Positions 33,609 to 41,367 of a stretch of 64,000 nt of DNA are shown here, piece after piece (within the stretch, counting starts at the first letter, position 1; each line of letters starts with the position of its first letter). This DNA is from an uncultured Christensenella sp. (GTDB lineage Bacteria; Bacillota; Clostridia; Christensenellales; Borkfalkiaceae). Both the position numbers and the translations under genes were made by a program. Under the pieces are notes generated by a model that saw only the letters and a list, made by a program, of their open reading frames with translations, did no database searches and was not told where the DNA came from. The stretch is from contig CAJTUI010000013.1 of NCBI GenBank assembly GCA_910579705.1, positions 506 to 64,505 on the forward strand, read 5' to 3'.

Positions 33609-33872
33609 TTACGACTGCCCCGCAAGCCTTTCCACAAACCATTGATTTGTTTGTTTATCCAAATATAAAATTTTTTCTCTGCCTCTAATAATCACCTTAT
33701 ATTTTCTCGTAAGCACTCCGCCCGTATGCTCGGGCGGAGCGTTTCTCTCATCTATGATTTTATCTATTTCGTACAGTGTTCCGTCCGTCCACTCTATTGC
33801 AACAGGTTTCATTAAACCGTCCGAATTTATTTTTAAATAAACCGCAACGTAAATCTTTTCGTAACTAAGCAT
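33609..33872 (-). CDS. Small conserved-looking hypothetical protein (87 aa) directly upstream of dinB
   Basis: MLSYEKIYVAVYLKINSDGLMKPVAIEWTDGTLYEIDKIIDERNAPPEHTGGVLTRKYKVIIRGREKILYLDKQTNQWFVERLAGQS. Start chosen after the stop of the Zn-ribbon ORF. Overlaps the longest possible dinB ORF (32330-33637) but not the preferred dinB start at 33580. Confidence 0.6.
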   Translation of the reverse strand: MLSYEKIYVAVYLKINSDGLMKPVAIEWTDGTLYEIDKIIDERNAPPEHTGGVLTRKYKVIIRGREKILYLDKQTNQWFVERLAGQS

Positions 33873-33912
33873 ATAGTTAGTATGGTCATTATATAACAAA
33901 ATAACGGCAGAT

Positions 33913-34074
33913 CTACTCCGCCGTTTCGTCTTCATTTTTTTGATTTTTAAATTCATCGGATTTTGCATTAAATTGTTTTTCACATTTTGAACATACTACC
34001 GAACCTTTGGTTTCTTTCAAATCAAGTCCTTTTTGCTGCGCTCCGCAATACGGACAAATAACCGTATATAACAT
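33913..34074 (-). CDS. Zinc-ribbon small protein (53 aa; below the ORF-track cutoff)
   Basis: MLYTVICPYCGAQQKGLDLKETKGSVVCSKCEKQFNAKSDEFKNQKNEDETAE with CPYC...CSKC. SD AGGAGA ~10 nt upstream. Confidence 0.6.
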   Translation of the reverse strand: MLYTVICPYCGAQQKGLDLKETKGSVVCSKCEKQFNAKSDEFKNQKNEDETAE

Positions 34075-34108
34075 ACTTCGTCATCTCCTATCGTTAATAA
34101 GCGAATAT

Positions 34109-34137
34109 ATTATATGAAAATTTGGCTCTTATGTCAA
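34109..34137 (-). promoter_or_regulatory. Consensus SigA promoter TTGACA-17-TATAAT for the Zn-ribbon/small-protein/dinB operon
   Basis: Minus sense ttgacataagagccaaattttcatataat. Confidence 0.65.
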
Positions 34138-34780
34138 ACAAACATATGAAACTACTCCATAGTAAATCTACTTTTGAAATCCAAAGTAATATACTTTTTT
34201 TCGTGCTTTTAAGATTTCTTTTTTTATAATTACCTTTTCTTCGAAGAGTGCAACAACTAATTGTGGTATGTAAATCGCAGATACTATCTCTTGCACCTTT
34301 GATAGTTATTTGACATTGTTATTGAAATATTTAGGTAGTTCAACTCCAGTTTTTGTAAAAAATCAATAAAATTCATCCTAAAAACCAAAAGATAATTTTC
34401 TCAACAAATAAATCAATATTTAGTGTTAAAAGACAACAAAAAACACACAATATACTACATAATGTGTGTTTTTTGTTTAGCATCCTTTTCGGGTACCAAA
34501 TATGATGAAATTAATGGGATTTGACTATCGAATCATAATTAAAATCAAAACATAAAAATGGCTTACTCCAAATGAGAATAAGCCATTTCATACTACATAT
34601 TGTGATTAGTTTTTTATCAAACCACTATTACTTGGACCGTGGATGTGATATATTCGCCTTTGCTGACATTTGCAATTAAATCGTTAGTTCAAATCCTATT
34701 TTTACTCAAAACTACTCAAAAGACAGCAGTGAAAACCAAAGACCACCGAAATAATGCAAAACCACAATATATAGTATGAT

Positions 34781-34838
34781 AAAGCCCGAAAACTTTCGTT
34801 TTCGGGCTTTATGTAGTAGGACAGTATTTTCGTCCTAC
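34781..34838 (-). terminator. Two consecutive hairpins downstream of tRNA-Glu
   Basis: gtaggac-agtattttc-gtcctac (34816-34838) and aaagcccgaaaac-tttc-gttttcgggcttt (34781-34810). Confidence 0.6.
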
Positions 34839-34843
34839 AAAGA

Positions 34844-34918
34844 TGGTGACCCTGCCGGGAATCGAACCCGGGATTGAGCCTTGAGAGGGCTCCGTCTTAA
34901 CCGCTTGACCACAAGGCC
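34844..34918 (-). tRNA. tRNA-Glu (anticodon CUC), CCA encoded
   Basis: Manual cloverleaf of GGCCTTGTGGTCAAGCGGTTAAGACGGAGCCCTCTCAAGGCTCAATCCCGGGTTCGATTCCCGGCAGGGTCACCA: acceptor GGCCTTG/CAGGGTC, anticodon stem GAGCC/GGCTC with loop CTCTCAA, T arm CCGGG-TTCGATT-CCCGG. Confidence 0.9.
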
Positions 34919-34938
34919 GTATTGATTTTTGCTTTGTG

Positions 34939-34967
34939 ATTATATCATATACCTTTTTACTTGGCAA
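34939..34967 (-). promoter_or_regulatory. tRNA-Glu promoter TTGCCA-17-TATAAT (TG-extended)
   Basis: Minus sense ttgccaagtaaaaaggtatatgatataat. Confidence 0.6.
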
Positions 34968-34985
34968 GCAAAAATCATACTCATT

Positions 34986-35966
34986 TTAATTATTTTCCAG
35001 AAAACGCGCGATATAATCCATTACCTCAGCATCCTCTTCCGTTGCGGCTTTAAAGTCAAACTCTGAAAAATCCTTTACGCCCTTTTTCAATTCGGCATAA
35101 AGCTCAGCGAGCAGCCGTTCCGCGTTTTGCGTGTTGTACGGATTATGCGCCTTACCCTTTACACAATATTTTGTAATGTTTTCACCTTCGGCCTTGCCGA
35201 ATGCGGAAAGCCCGACGGGAACTATATAGTCGTTATCGCCGTGCACAAGCAGTGTCGGCGCGGAATTTATTTTCGCGCACCTTGCGGCGTTCGCGTTCCC
35301 CGCCGCGCCGAACTTGATAAAGTTAATAAGAGCCAAAAACGGCGTTAAAATAAACGCCAGCGGTTTAGTAATAATTTTAGCAGCCGAAAAGCTTACGGTT
35401 TTAGACGGCGAAAGCGGCGCGCTTATCGCAACCACTCCGTCCACCTTCCGCCGCGCGGACGCCGCAAGCGCGGAATATCCGCCCCAACTGTGTCCGACAA
35501 GATAAATTTTCGGGCACTCTGCTGCGCTTTCAGAAAACAGCTCTTCGTTGCGCCTGACAAAATCTATCGCACACATAACGGTTTTCGCACCCGAATACAT
35601 TCCCTTTAAATTTTTACCGTCCGAATAATTACAACCTCTGCTGTCCGCGGCCAGAACCGTATATCCCAGATTGCAAAAGTACGCTATTTCGGTCATATAG
35701 GCGACGTGTCCCGGCCCAAGCCCGTGACAGAAAACCAAAGCTTGCCCGTTTTGCACGCAATTACCGCGGTAAATAAAACCTTTTATCCCGCGCGACACTT
35801 CGACTTCCCGCGCGGACAATCCGAAATGCTCCGCAGAAAAATATTTCAATGCGGGATTTATATCGCAACGTTTACCGAACGCCGCAAAGTCGCACAAAAG
35901 CGCAAGTATAAACAGCAACGCAACTACTGCGGCGATTACTATGGCAATTATATAATAAATCTGCAC
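34986..35966 (-). CDS. Membrane-anchored alpha/beta hydrolase
   Basis: 326 aa. N-terminal TM helix. Nucleophile elbow GHSWGG. GTG start with GGAG SD. Confidence 0.75.
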   Translation of the reverse strand: MQIYYIIAIVIAAVVALLFILALLCDFAAFGKRCDINPALKYFSAEHFGLSAREVEVSRGIKGFIYRGNCVQNGQALVFCHGLGPGHVAYMTEIAYFCNLGYTVLAADSRGCNYSDGKNLKGMYSGAKTVMCAIDFVRRNEELFSESAAECPKIYLVGHSWGGYSALAASARRKVDGVVAISAPLSPSKTVSFSAAKIITKPLAFILTPFLALINFIKFGAAGNANAARCAKINSAPTLLVHGDNDYIVPVGLSAFGKAEGENITKYCVKGKAHNPYNTQNAERLLAELYAELKKGVKDFSEFDFKAATEEDAEVMDYIARFLENN

Positions 35967-35977
35967 GTTTCGCTCCG

Positions 35978-36012
35978 TAAAAGCGGCGCGGCTTTCCGCC
36001 GCGCCTTGTTTT
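35978..36012 (-). terminator. Intrinsic terminator after pgi
   Basis: ggcgcggc-tttcc-gccgcgcc hairpin (35985-36005) flanked by A/T runs. Confidence 0.65.
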
Positions 36013-36014
36013 TA

Positions 36015-37442
36015 TTAAACGGTATATTTTTTATCGAGCGCAGGCGCGGAATCCATCTCCGCCTTCTGTCCCTCGTATCCCTTTTTGCCCAAAAGCGCGA
36101 ACGTAGCTTTCTTGCCGTTTTCAACGCCGGGCTGGTTGTAAGTATCGATATTAAGAAGTGCGCCCGTATATGCGGTCTGCAATTCGAAAAGATACATAAG
36201 CTGGCCGAGCGTGAACTCGTTTATTTCAGGCACGTTGATAGTGTAATTGAGTCTGCCCGCGCGCATAAGCGCATATGCCGTGGCCTTGTTTTCCGCCTGG
36301 ATAAGCTCCTGCATAGTGTGTCCGCCGAGGAAACCCACGTCGGGAATATCCTCGCAACCGTGCGCGATAGGCATTTCCGTAGCATATTTTCCGACCGAAA
36401 TAAAAGTAATTACTTTATCGTAAGGCCCTTCCGTATACAGCTGAACCTGAGAATGCTGGTCGGTTACACCCAAGCTCTTGACGGGAGTCGTGCCCGCGTT
36501 TACTGTATTTCCGTCGTAGTCCACCGCTTTACCGAGCGATTCCGCCCAGAGCTGGCAATACCAGTCCGCGATAAGTTTGAGATTATCCGAATAAGGCATT
36601 AAAACGTTAATGTTCTTGCCCTGATTCATAGTTATATACTGCAAAACGGCGCAAGCCAGCGCGGGGTTGGAAGAAATTTCTCCCTTTGCGCAAAGTTCGT
36701 CCATATACGCGGCGCCTGCAAGCATTGCTTTAATATCGATTCCGAGCACCGCCGCGGGCAGAAGTCCTACGGGGCACATCTCCGAAAACCTGCCGCCAAC
36801 GCCGTCGGGAAGAACGTACTTCTTGAATTTGCCGCCGTAGCTGTTGTCTATTTTGATAAGATTGCCGCGGTTTGCGTCGGTTGTGAATATTATATTGTCG
36901 GGCAGGTTCACGCCCTTTTTCTTCAATATATCCGCAATAATAAGATACTGCGTCATTGTTTCGCTTGTCGCGCCCGACTTGGAAATAACGTTGAAACAGG
37001 TCTTTTCGGGTTCGATTACGTCAAGAAGCGCCTGCATTCTCACGGGGTCTACGTTGTCTTCGACGTAGAACTTAGGGCCGTTTCTCTTCTCGTCCGAAAG
37101 CTCGTTATAATGCAGATGTTTGAGCGCGTTAAACGCCATTATGGGGCCGAGCGCGCTGCCGCCGATACCGAGCACTACGAAATACTTGAACTTTTTCCTG
37201 ACCTTATCGGCCGTCTTTATAATGTCGGCGACAATCTCGTCCTGATTGTACGGAAGCTCCGTCCAGCCCATAAACAAATCGTCCCTGCCGCGGTTTTTCG
37301 CAACGTAGTCATACGCCTTTGCCGCTTTGTCAGCAACGGCCGACAACTCCGCGTCGGAAATTCCTTTATCGCCCAACGATTTAGACATCATATAATTGTA
37401 GTCTACCGTTACGCGAAGCTCCTCTCTGTTCTTATAATTCAT
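36015..37442 (-). CDS. pgi: Glucose-6-phosphate isomerase
   Basis: 475 aa. Motif VLGIGGSALGP and overall bacterial PGI layout. Confidence 0.9.
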   Translation of the reverse strand: MNYKNREELRVTVDYNYMMSKSLGDKGISDAELSAVADKAAKAYDYVAKNRGRDDLFMGWTELPYNQDEIVADIIKTADKVRKKFKYFVVLGIGGSALGPIMAFNALKHLHYNELSDEKRNGPKFYVEDNVDPVRMQALLDVIEPEKTCFNVISKSGATSETMTQYLIIADILKKKGVNLPDNIIFTTDANRGNLIKIDNSYGGKFKKYVLPDGVGGRFSEMCPVGLLPAAVLGIDIKAMLAGAAYMDELCAKGEISSNPALACAVLQYITMNQGKNINVLMPYSDNLKLIADWYCQLWAESLGKAVDYDGNTVNAGTTPVKSLGVTDQHSQVQLYTEGPYDKVITFISVGKYATEMPIAHGCEDIPDVGFLGGHTMQELIQAENKATAYALMRAGRLNYTINVPEINEFTLGQLMYLFELQTAYTGALLNIDTYNQPGVENGKKATFALLGKKGYEGQKAEMDSAPALDKKYTV

Positions 37443-37544
37443 AACACCCTCCTGCTTTGTTAAATGAAATTTTACAATTTAATATTATAATACAAACTCA
37501 TACGATAGTCAACAACCCGAATGAAATTTTTTATCGGGTTTTGC

Positions 37545-37574
37545 TTGCCAAAACGTTTGTTTATATGCTATAAT
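37545..37574 (+). promoter_or_regulatory. Promoter TTGCCA-18-TATAAT ending 6 nt before the helicase ATG (leaderless-type)
   Basis: ttgccaaaacgtttgtttatatgctataat tcggtt ATG. No SD. Confidence 0.5.
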
Positions 37575-37580
37575 TCGGTT

Positions 37581-38795
37581 ATGAACGGTGAACTTACGGC
37601 TGACCAGAAAAATGCCGACAAGTTAATAACGGACTGGTTTTTAAATTCCTCCAAGCAGTTTTTCGTACTTGCTGGATATGCGGGAACGGGAAAGACCACC
37701 CTATTACGGCATACTGTAACGCAATCTCTGGGACTTGTCCCCGAAGAGAGCGCGGCTTTCGTCACGCCGACGGGCAAGGCCGCAACCGTTCTTATCCGCG
37801 GCGGAATACCTGCCACAACCCTGCACAGACTTATTTACCAGTCCATTCCCGAAGAAAAGGAAATAGAGCTGAACGGCAAGAAAATCAAAATAGAAACCCT
37901 GTCCTTCAAAAGGCGCGAAAGCATAGACAAGAGCATAAGGCTTATAGTTCTGGACGAGGCCTCTATGGTCTCCGACACGGTGCTTTGGGATTTGGCGGAG
38001 TTCGGGGTTAAACTTCTTCTTTGCGGCGACAACGCGCAGTTGCCGCCCGTGGAAGGTTTGAACTCCTATTTAAAAACCCCCGATTACACGTTAAGAAGTA
38101 TAGTAAGGCAACAGCTGGACAACCCTATTATCAAGCTTTCGGAAATGGCGCGCGAGGGAAAATACATACCTTACGGCCGATACGGCGACAGCGCGCTCGT
38201 TTTGAGCAAGCGGCTGTTTACGGGCGAAAGACGAAAAAATTATCTTTCGAGGGCTGACCAGATTATCTGCGGGACAAACAAGACCCGCGCGCTTATCAAC
38301 GACGAGCTACGCGCGGAACGCGGGCTCGGCCCCCTTCCCGAAACGGGCGACAAGCTGATATGCACGCAAAACAACTGGGAGCAGTACATAGACGGCGAAT
38401 ACCGTTTTAACCTTGTAAACGGCATTATCGGCACCGCGTACGACCCGTTTTACGACGAGAACGCGGGTATCGGGTTTATTCAGTTCAAGCCCGACTTCCT
38501 CGACAGCCTCTGTCCCGAGGCGATTCCGTTCGACACGGGCATATTCACCGACGGGCGATACCGCTATAAGCACGGCGATTATTTCGAAAAGTTCGACGAA
38601 AACGGCGAGGCGACGGGCGCGTTCACTTTGAACCGTTTCGAATACGGTTACTGCATATCCTGCCACAAGGCGCAGGGCAGCGAATTCGATAACGTTGTTG
38701 TGTTTGACGAGAGCTACGCCTTTAAAGATGACAAAAACCGCTGGCTTTACACGGCGGTTACGAGAGCGAAAAAGAAACTTATTTTGTTGAGATAA
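37581..38795 (+). CDS. RecD/Dda-like SF1 DNA helicase
   Basis: Walker A GYAGTGKTT, LDEASMV, CHKAQGSEFDNVVV, LYTAVTRAKKKL. Start moved to MNGELTADQ. Confidence 0.8.
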   Translation: MNGELTADQKNADKLITDWFLNSSKQFFVLAGYAGTGKTTLLRHTVTQSLGLVPEESAAFVTPTGKAATVLIRGGIPATTLHRLIYQSIPEEKEIELNGKKIKIETLSFKRRESIDKSIRLIVLDEASMVSDTVLWDLAEFGVKLLLCGDNAQLPPVEGLNSYLKTPDYTLRSIVRQQLDNPIIKLSEMAREGKYIPYGRYGDSALVLSKRLFTGERRKNYLSRADQIICGTNKTRALINDELRAERGLGPLPETGDKLICTQNNWEQYIDGEYRFNLVNGIIGTAYDPFYDENAGIGFIQFKPDFLDSLCPEAIPFDTGIFTDGRYRYKHGDYFEKFDENGEATGAFTLNRFEYGYCISCHKAQGSEFDNVVVFDESYAFKDDKNRWLYTAVTRAKKKLILLR

Positions 38796-38800
38796 AGAAC

Positions 38801-38826
38801 GCGCCCCGCAACAAATTGCGGGGCGC
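38801..38826. terminator. Bidirectional hairpin terminator between the helicase and the DeoC-like gene
   Basis: gcgccccgca-acaaat-tgcggggcgc. Confidence 0.65.
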
Positions 38827-38842
38827 TTAAATTACGTTTCAA

Positions 38843-39580
38843 TCAGTCAGCTGTCTGTAAGATTATCCGCGCAACGTCCGCGGCGTTCCTGCTACCGATA
38901 ATCGTCGCGCCCAGACTTACGGCGACGCTCATATCGTTTACCGTGGCTATGCCGTCCGCCTTTATTGTACACTTATCCTTTACCGCCTCGCCAACGTGCG
39001 CGACCACGTCCGCATTAAAGCCCGCGCCGTAGAACCCCGAGCCCGTGCGCAAAGACGGTATTCCGCAATCGATTGCTATGGCGCATACCTTTGCTATTTC
39101 CTGAGTAGTCAGCAACGCGCTTTCGATATTAATTCTTATCGCGCGCTTTTTTGCGGCGGATTTAAGCTTTTTAAACTCGCGCTTGACGTAGCTCCAATTC
39201 GCGTCTTTTATATAAGCTACGGGCGCGGTCACTTCCACCTCGTCCACGCCGTCCTTAATAGCGTTCTTGACCGCCGCGACCTTTGTCTTTACGCTGTCGC
39301 CGCCGTGCGGGTAGGATATGCAGGCTATAAGCGAAACCTTGGGGTCGGGCCCGAGAAACGCGACGCACGGTTTGACAAGCGCGGGCAATACGCAGACCGC
39401 GCCAAGTTTTAAAATGTTAGCGTCCTGACAGGCGCGGCGAAGAAACGCCCTGTCCTGCGACGCGTCTGTAAGGTTATATTCCAGTTTCTTGACCTGAGCT
39501 TCCGCCGCCTGTTGGTTCATTTTTCTTTTGAAATCGTTAAACTGCTGTTTTTCCAGCTCGTCCATTTTCTCGTATTCCAT
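38843..39580 (-). CDS. DeoC-family aldolase-like protein with substituted catalytic residues and an N-terminal coiled-coil extension
   Basis: 245 aa. Aligns by eye to DeoC (ISYPHGG, DEVEVT, RINIES, SLRTGSGF, IKADG). Both Lys positions of the class I aldolase mechanism appear replaced. Confidence 0.6.
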   Translation of the reverse strand: MEYEKMDELEKQQFNDFKRKMNQQAAEAQVKKLEYNLTDASQDRAFLRRACQDANILKLGAVCVLPALVKPCVAFLGPDPKVSLIACISYPHGGDSVKTKVAAVKNAIKDGVDEVEVTAPVAYIKDANWSYVKREFKKLKSAAKKRAIRINIESALLTTQEIAKVCAIAIDCGIPSLRTGSGFYGAGFNADVVAHVGEAVKDKCTIKADGIATVNDMSVAVSLGATIIGSRNAADVARIILQTAD

Positions 39581-39642
39581 TTTTTTTACCTAATAACCTA
39601 AAATTTTTTTTATTTCTTCATTTTTTTGAAGAGTTTTTCCCG

Positions 39643-39648
39643 TATAAT
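39643..39648 (+). promoter_or_regulatory. TATAAT -10 box 6 nt upstream of the ATG at 39655 (leaderless-type)
   Basis: cgTATAATcttggtATG. No SD. The -35 is weak. Confidence 0.4.
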
Positions 39649-39654
39649 CTTGGT

Positions 39655-39888
39655 ATGTTTATCGGGATTTTATATTTGTTTTTAACTTTCTTGTTCTGTT
39701 TTATTCTCGTACATTTAATAAAACTTGCATACATAGGTCTTCTGAGCACGAAAAAAAAGCCCGAGCCGCCGCCTAAGGAGAAACCTCCCGCACCGCCTAA
39801 GCCCGAGCCTGTCTATTATATTGTCGAAAAAAAGAGGTCGAAGAAATCGTCCTATTCCGAACCCAAGGAAATCAAGTTCAAGAAATAA
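39655..39888 (+). CDS. Small membrane-anchored Pro/Lys-rich protein, unknown function
   Basis: 77 aa. One TM followed by KKKPEPPPKEKPPAPPKPEP. Confidence 0.5.
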   Translation: MFIGILYLFLTFLFCFILVHLIKLAYIGLLSTKKKPEPPPKEKPPAPPKPEPVYYIVEKKRSKKSSYSEPKEIKFKK

Positions 39889-40239
39889 TCAGTCCTCGTA
39901 TCTTTTAAGGTTTTCGCCGTCCTCCCAAAGCCTTTCAAGACGGTAAAAATCTCTCTCCTCGTCCGCAAACAGATGCACTATAACGTCCGCATAATCGAGA
40001 ACCGCCCATCTCCCGCCCTGCACGCCTTCAACGCGCTGGGGTATGAGCGAGTATTCCTTTTTCAATTTTTCTTCAAGGTTCTCCGCAAGCGACTTGACCT
40101 GCGTTTTAGACCTGCCGCCCGCGATTACGAAATAATCGCACAGGCTGGTCTTTTTTTCTACCGCGATATAAACTATGTTACACGCCTTCTTTTCGGATAA
40201 CAGCTTGCAAATAAGCTGAGTTTTTTCATTACTGTTCAT
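39889..40239 (-). CDS. rsfS: Ribosome silencing factor RsfS
   Basis: 116 aa. Motifs DYFVIAGGRS, WAVLDYADVIVHLF, YRLERLW. Confidence 0.9.
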   Translation of the reverse strand: MNSNEKTQLICKLLSEKKACNIVYIAVEKKTSLCDYFVIAGGRSKTQVKSLAENLEEKLKKEYSLIPQRVEGVQGGRWAVLDYADVIVHLFADEERDFYRLERLWEDGENLKRYED

Positions 40240-41329
40240 TTCGATGTTCCTTTAAATATTTATATGCTTTCTCCGTCAACGGATAAATTTCCTTACCCGA
40301 CTTGCCGAGATATTCAATCTGATGCCCGAACGCGGCCAAAAGCCCCGCGTCCAATCCGCGCGCAAACTCGCCGCGAAGTTCCTCCACGCCCCCGAAAGTT
40401 CTGCCCTCTTCCAGCATATCCGAAAGATAAATAAGCTTTTCGAGCGCGGACATATTCTCCCTGCCGCTGGAATGATACCTTATCGCGTTCAGAACGTCCG
40501 CATCGTCTATGCCGAAAACTTTTTCCGCCACGTACGCGCCCGAATACTGATGCACAACGTCGTCAAGCACTCCGTCGGGACAGACAAACCCTTTCAAAAG
40601 CGGGCTGTCAAAAGTAAGATATTTAGCGCAGTCGTGAAACAGCGCGGCCGTAAGCGCGGCCCGTTCCGATACACCTGCCCGCGCGCAATTCTCCGCCGCC
40701 GTAACCGCCACGCGCACGGTATGCTCCCACCTGATTTTCGTAAGCAGTTTTTTAACTTCTTCAACGCCGTCAAGCCTGTAAAGGTTATGCCCGCGAATAT
40801 ATTCCGCCACGCTTGCGGGCACGTATTCGCCCGTATCCTCGCCCAGAGCGGCAAGCGCGCGTATGCGCGTGGAACTGACCTTCGCGCCCGTGTAGCCTAT
40901 GCTTACGGCGGGGAAACGCCCGTTGAGTGCGAGCGGCTTTTCTCTTGCGCAGACCGCGAGCGTTACGTTATCCAAAATATCACGCGGGTTTTTCCAATCG
41001 CCGAAACTTTCGTACATATCCGCGCCCATAACGAAATACAACTCGTCGTCGGGATACCGCTTTCTGAATTCACGGCAGGTCAGATACGAATAGCTGACCC
41101 CTCCCGCCGCAATCTCGTAATCGGAAACCTCTGCCCCGTCGAACGCCAGTTTGCACATATTAAACCGGTCCACGGGCGGAACCGTAAGCCTGCCGTTTTT
41201 CAGCGGCGTTACGTGCGAAGGAACGACAATGATTTTATCCAGACCCAGCGCACGCCGCGCGGCCGCGGCGATATTGATATGTTCGTTGTGGACGGGATTG
41301 AACGACCCGCCGAAAATTGCTATACGCAT
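40229..41329 (-). CDS. nadD: Nicotinate-nucleotide adenylyltransferase fused to YqeK HD-domain phosphohydrolase
   Basis: 366 aa. N-terminal GGSFNPVHNEH (NadD). C-terminal half RWEHTVRVA...LFHDCAK (HD/YqeK). Confidence 0.85.
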   Translation of the reverse strand: MRIAIFGGSFNPVHNEHINIAAAARRALGLDKIIVVPSHVTPLKNGRLTVPPVDRFNMCKLAFDGAEVSDYEIAAGGVSYSYLTCREFRKRYPDDELYFVMGADMYESFGDWKNPRDILDNVTLAVCAREKPLALNGRFPAVSIGYTGAKVSSTRIRALAALGEDTGEYVPASVAEYIRGHNLYRLDGVEEVKKLLTKIRWEHTVRVAVTAAENCARAGVSERAALTAALFHDCAKYLTFDSPLLKGFVCPDGVLDDVVHQYSGAYVAEKVFGIDDADVLNAIRYHSSGRENMSALEKLIYLSDMLEEGRTFGGVEELRGEFARGLDAGLLAAFGHQIEYLGKSGKEIYPLTEKAYKYLKEHRNEQ

Positions 41330-41367
41330 AAAGTATAACCGTTTGAGAATGTGTTAATAAACATAGT

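Noticed and set aside
33873-33983. An N-terminal extension of the 124-aa track ORF upstream of dinB.
   Set aside because: This part overlaps, in another frame, the better-supported Zn-ribbon ORF (which has an SD and CxxC pairs). I therefore start the downstream protein at Met38.
34075-34160. A search for a LexA (Cheo) box GAAC-N4-GTTC at the dinB operon promoter. The nearest candidate is aaacatatgaaac.
   Set aside because: It is not palindromic in the required way (AAAC...GAAA), so I do not call an SOS box.
34676-34706. A tRNA-like T-loop string (gttcaaatcc), considered as a possible second tRNA or att-site copy.
   Set aside because: The flanking bases cannot form a 5-bp T stem, and no acceptor or anticodon arms can be folded. 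It does not match the tRNA-Glu 3' end.
37521-37580. An upstream ATG for the helicase ORF (MKFFIGFCLPKRLFICYNSV...).
   Set aside because: The extension is hydrophobic, has no SD, and contains the TTGCCA-18-TATAAT promoter itself. Helicase homology starts after MNGELTADQ.
40322-41338. Long antisense ORFs opposite housekeeping genes: 40322-41338 + (338 aa), 42166-43335 + (389 aa), 43550-44257 + (235 aa), 35706-36602 + (298 aa), 47183-48070 - (295 aa), 57129-57857 - (242 aa).
   Set aside because: Each lies exactly antisense to a gene with unambiguous family motifs (nadD-yqeK, obg, rho, pgi, pgk, metA). Their translations are Arg/Phe/Val-rich, low-complexity and motif-free. These are typical shadow frames of codon-biased genes.
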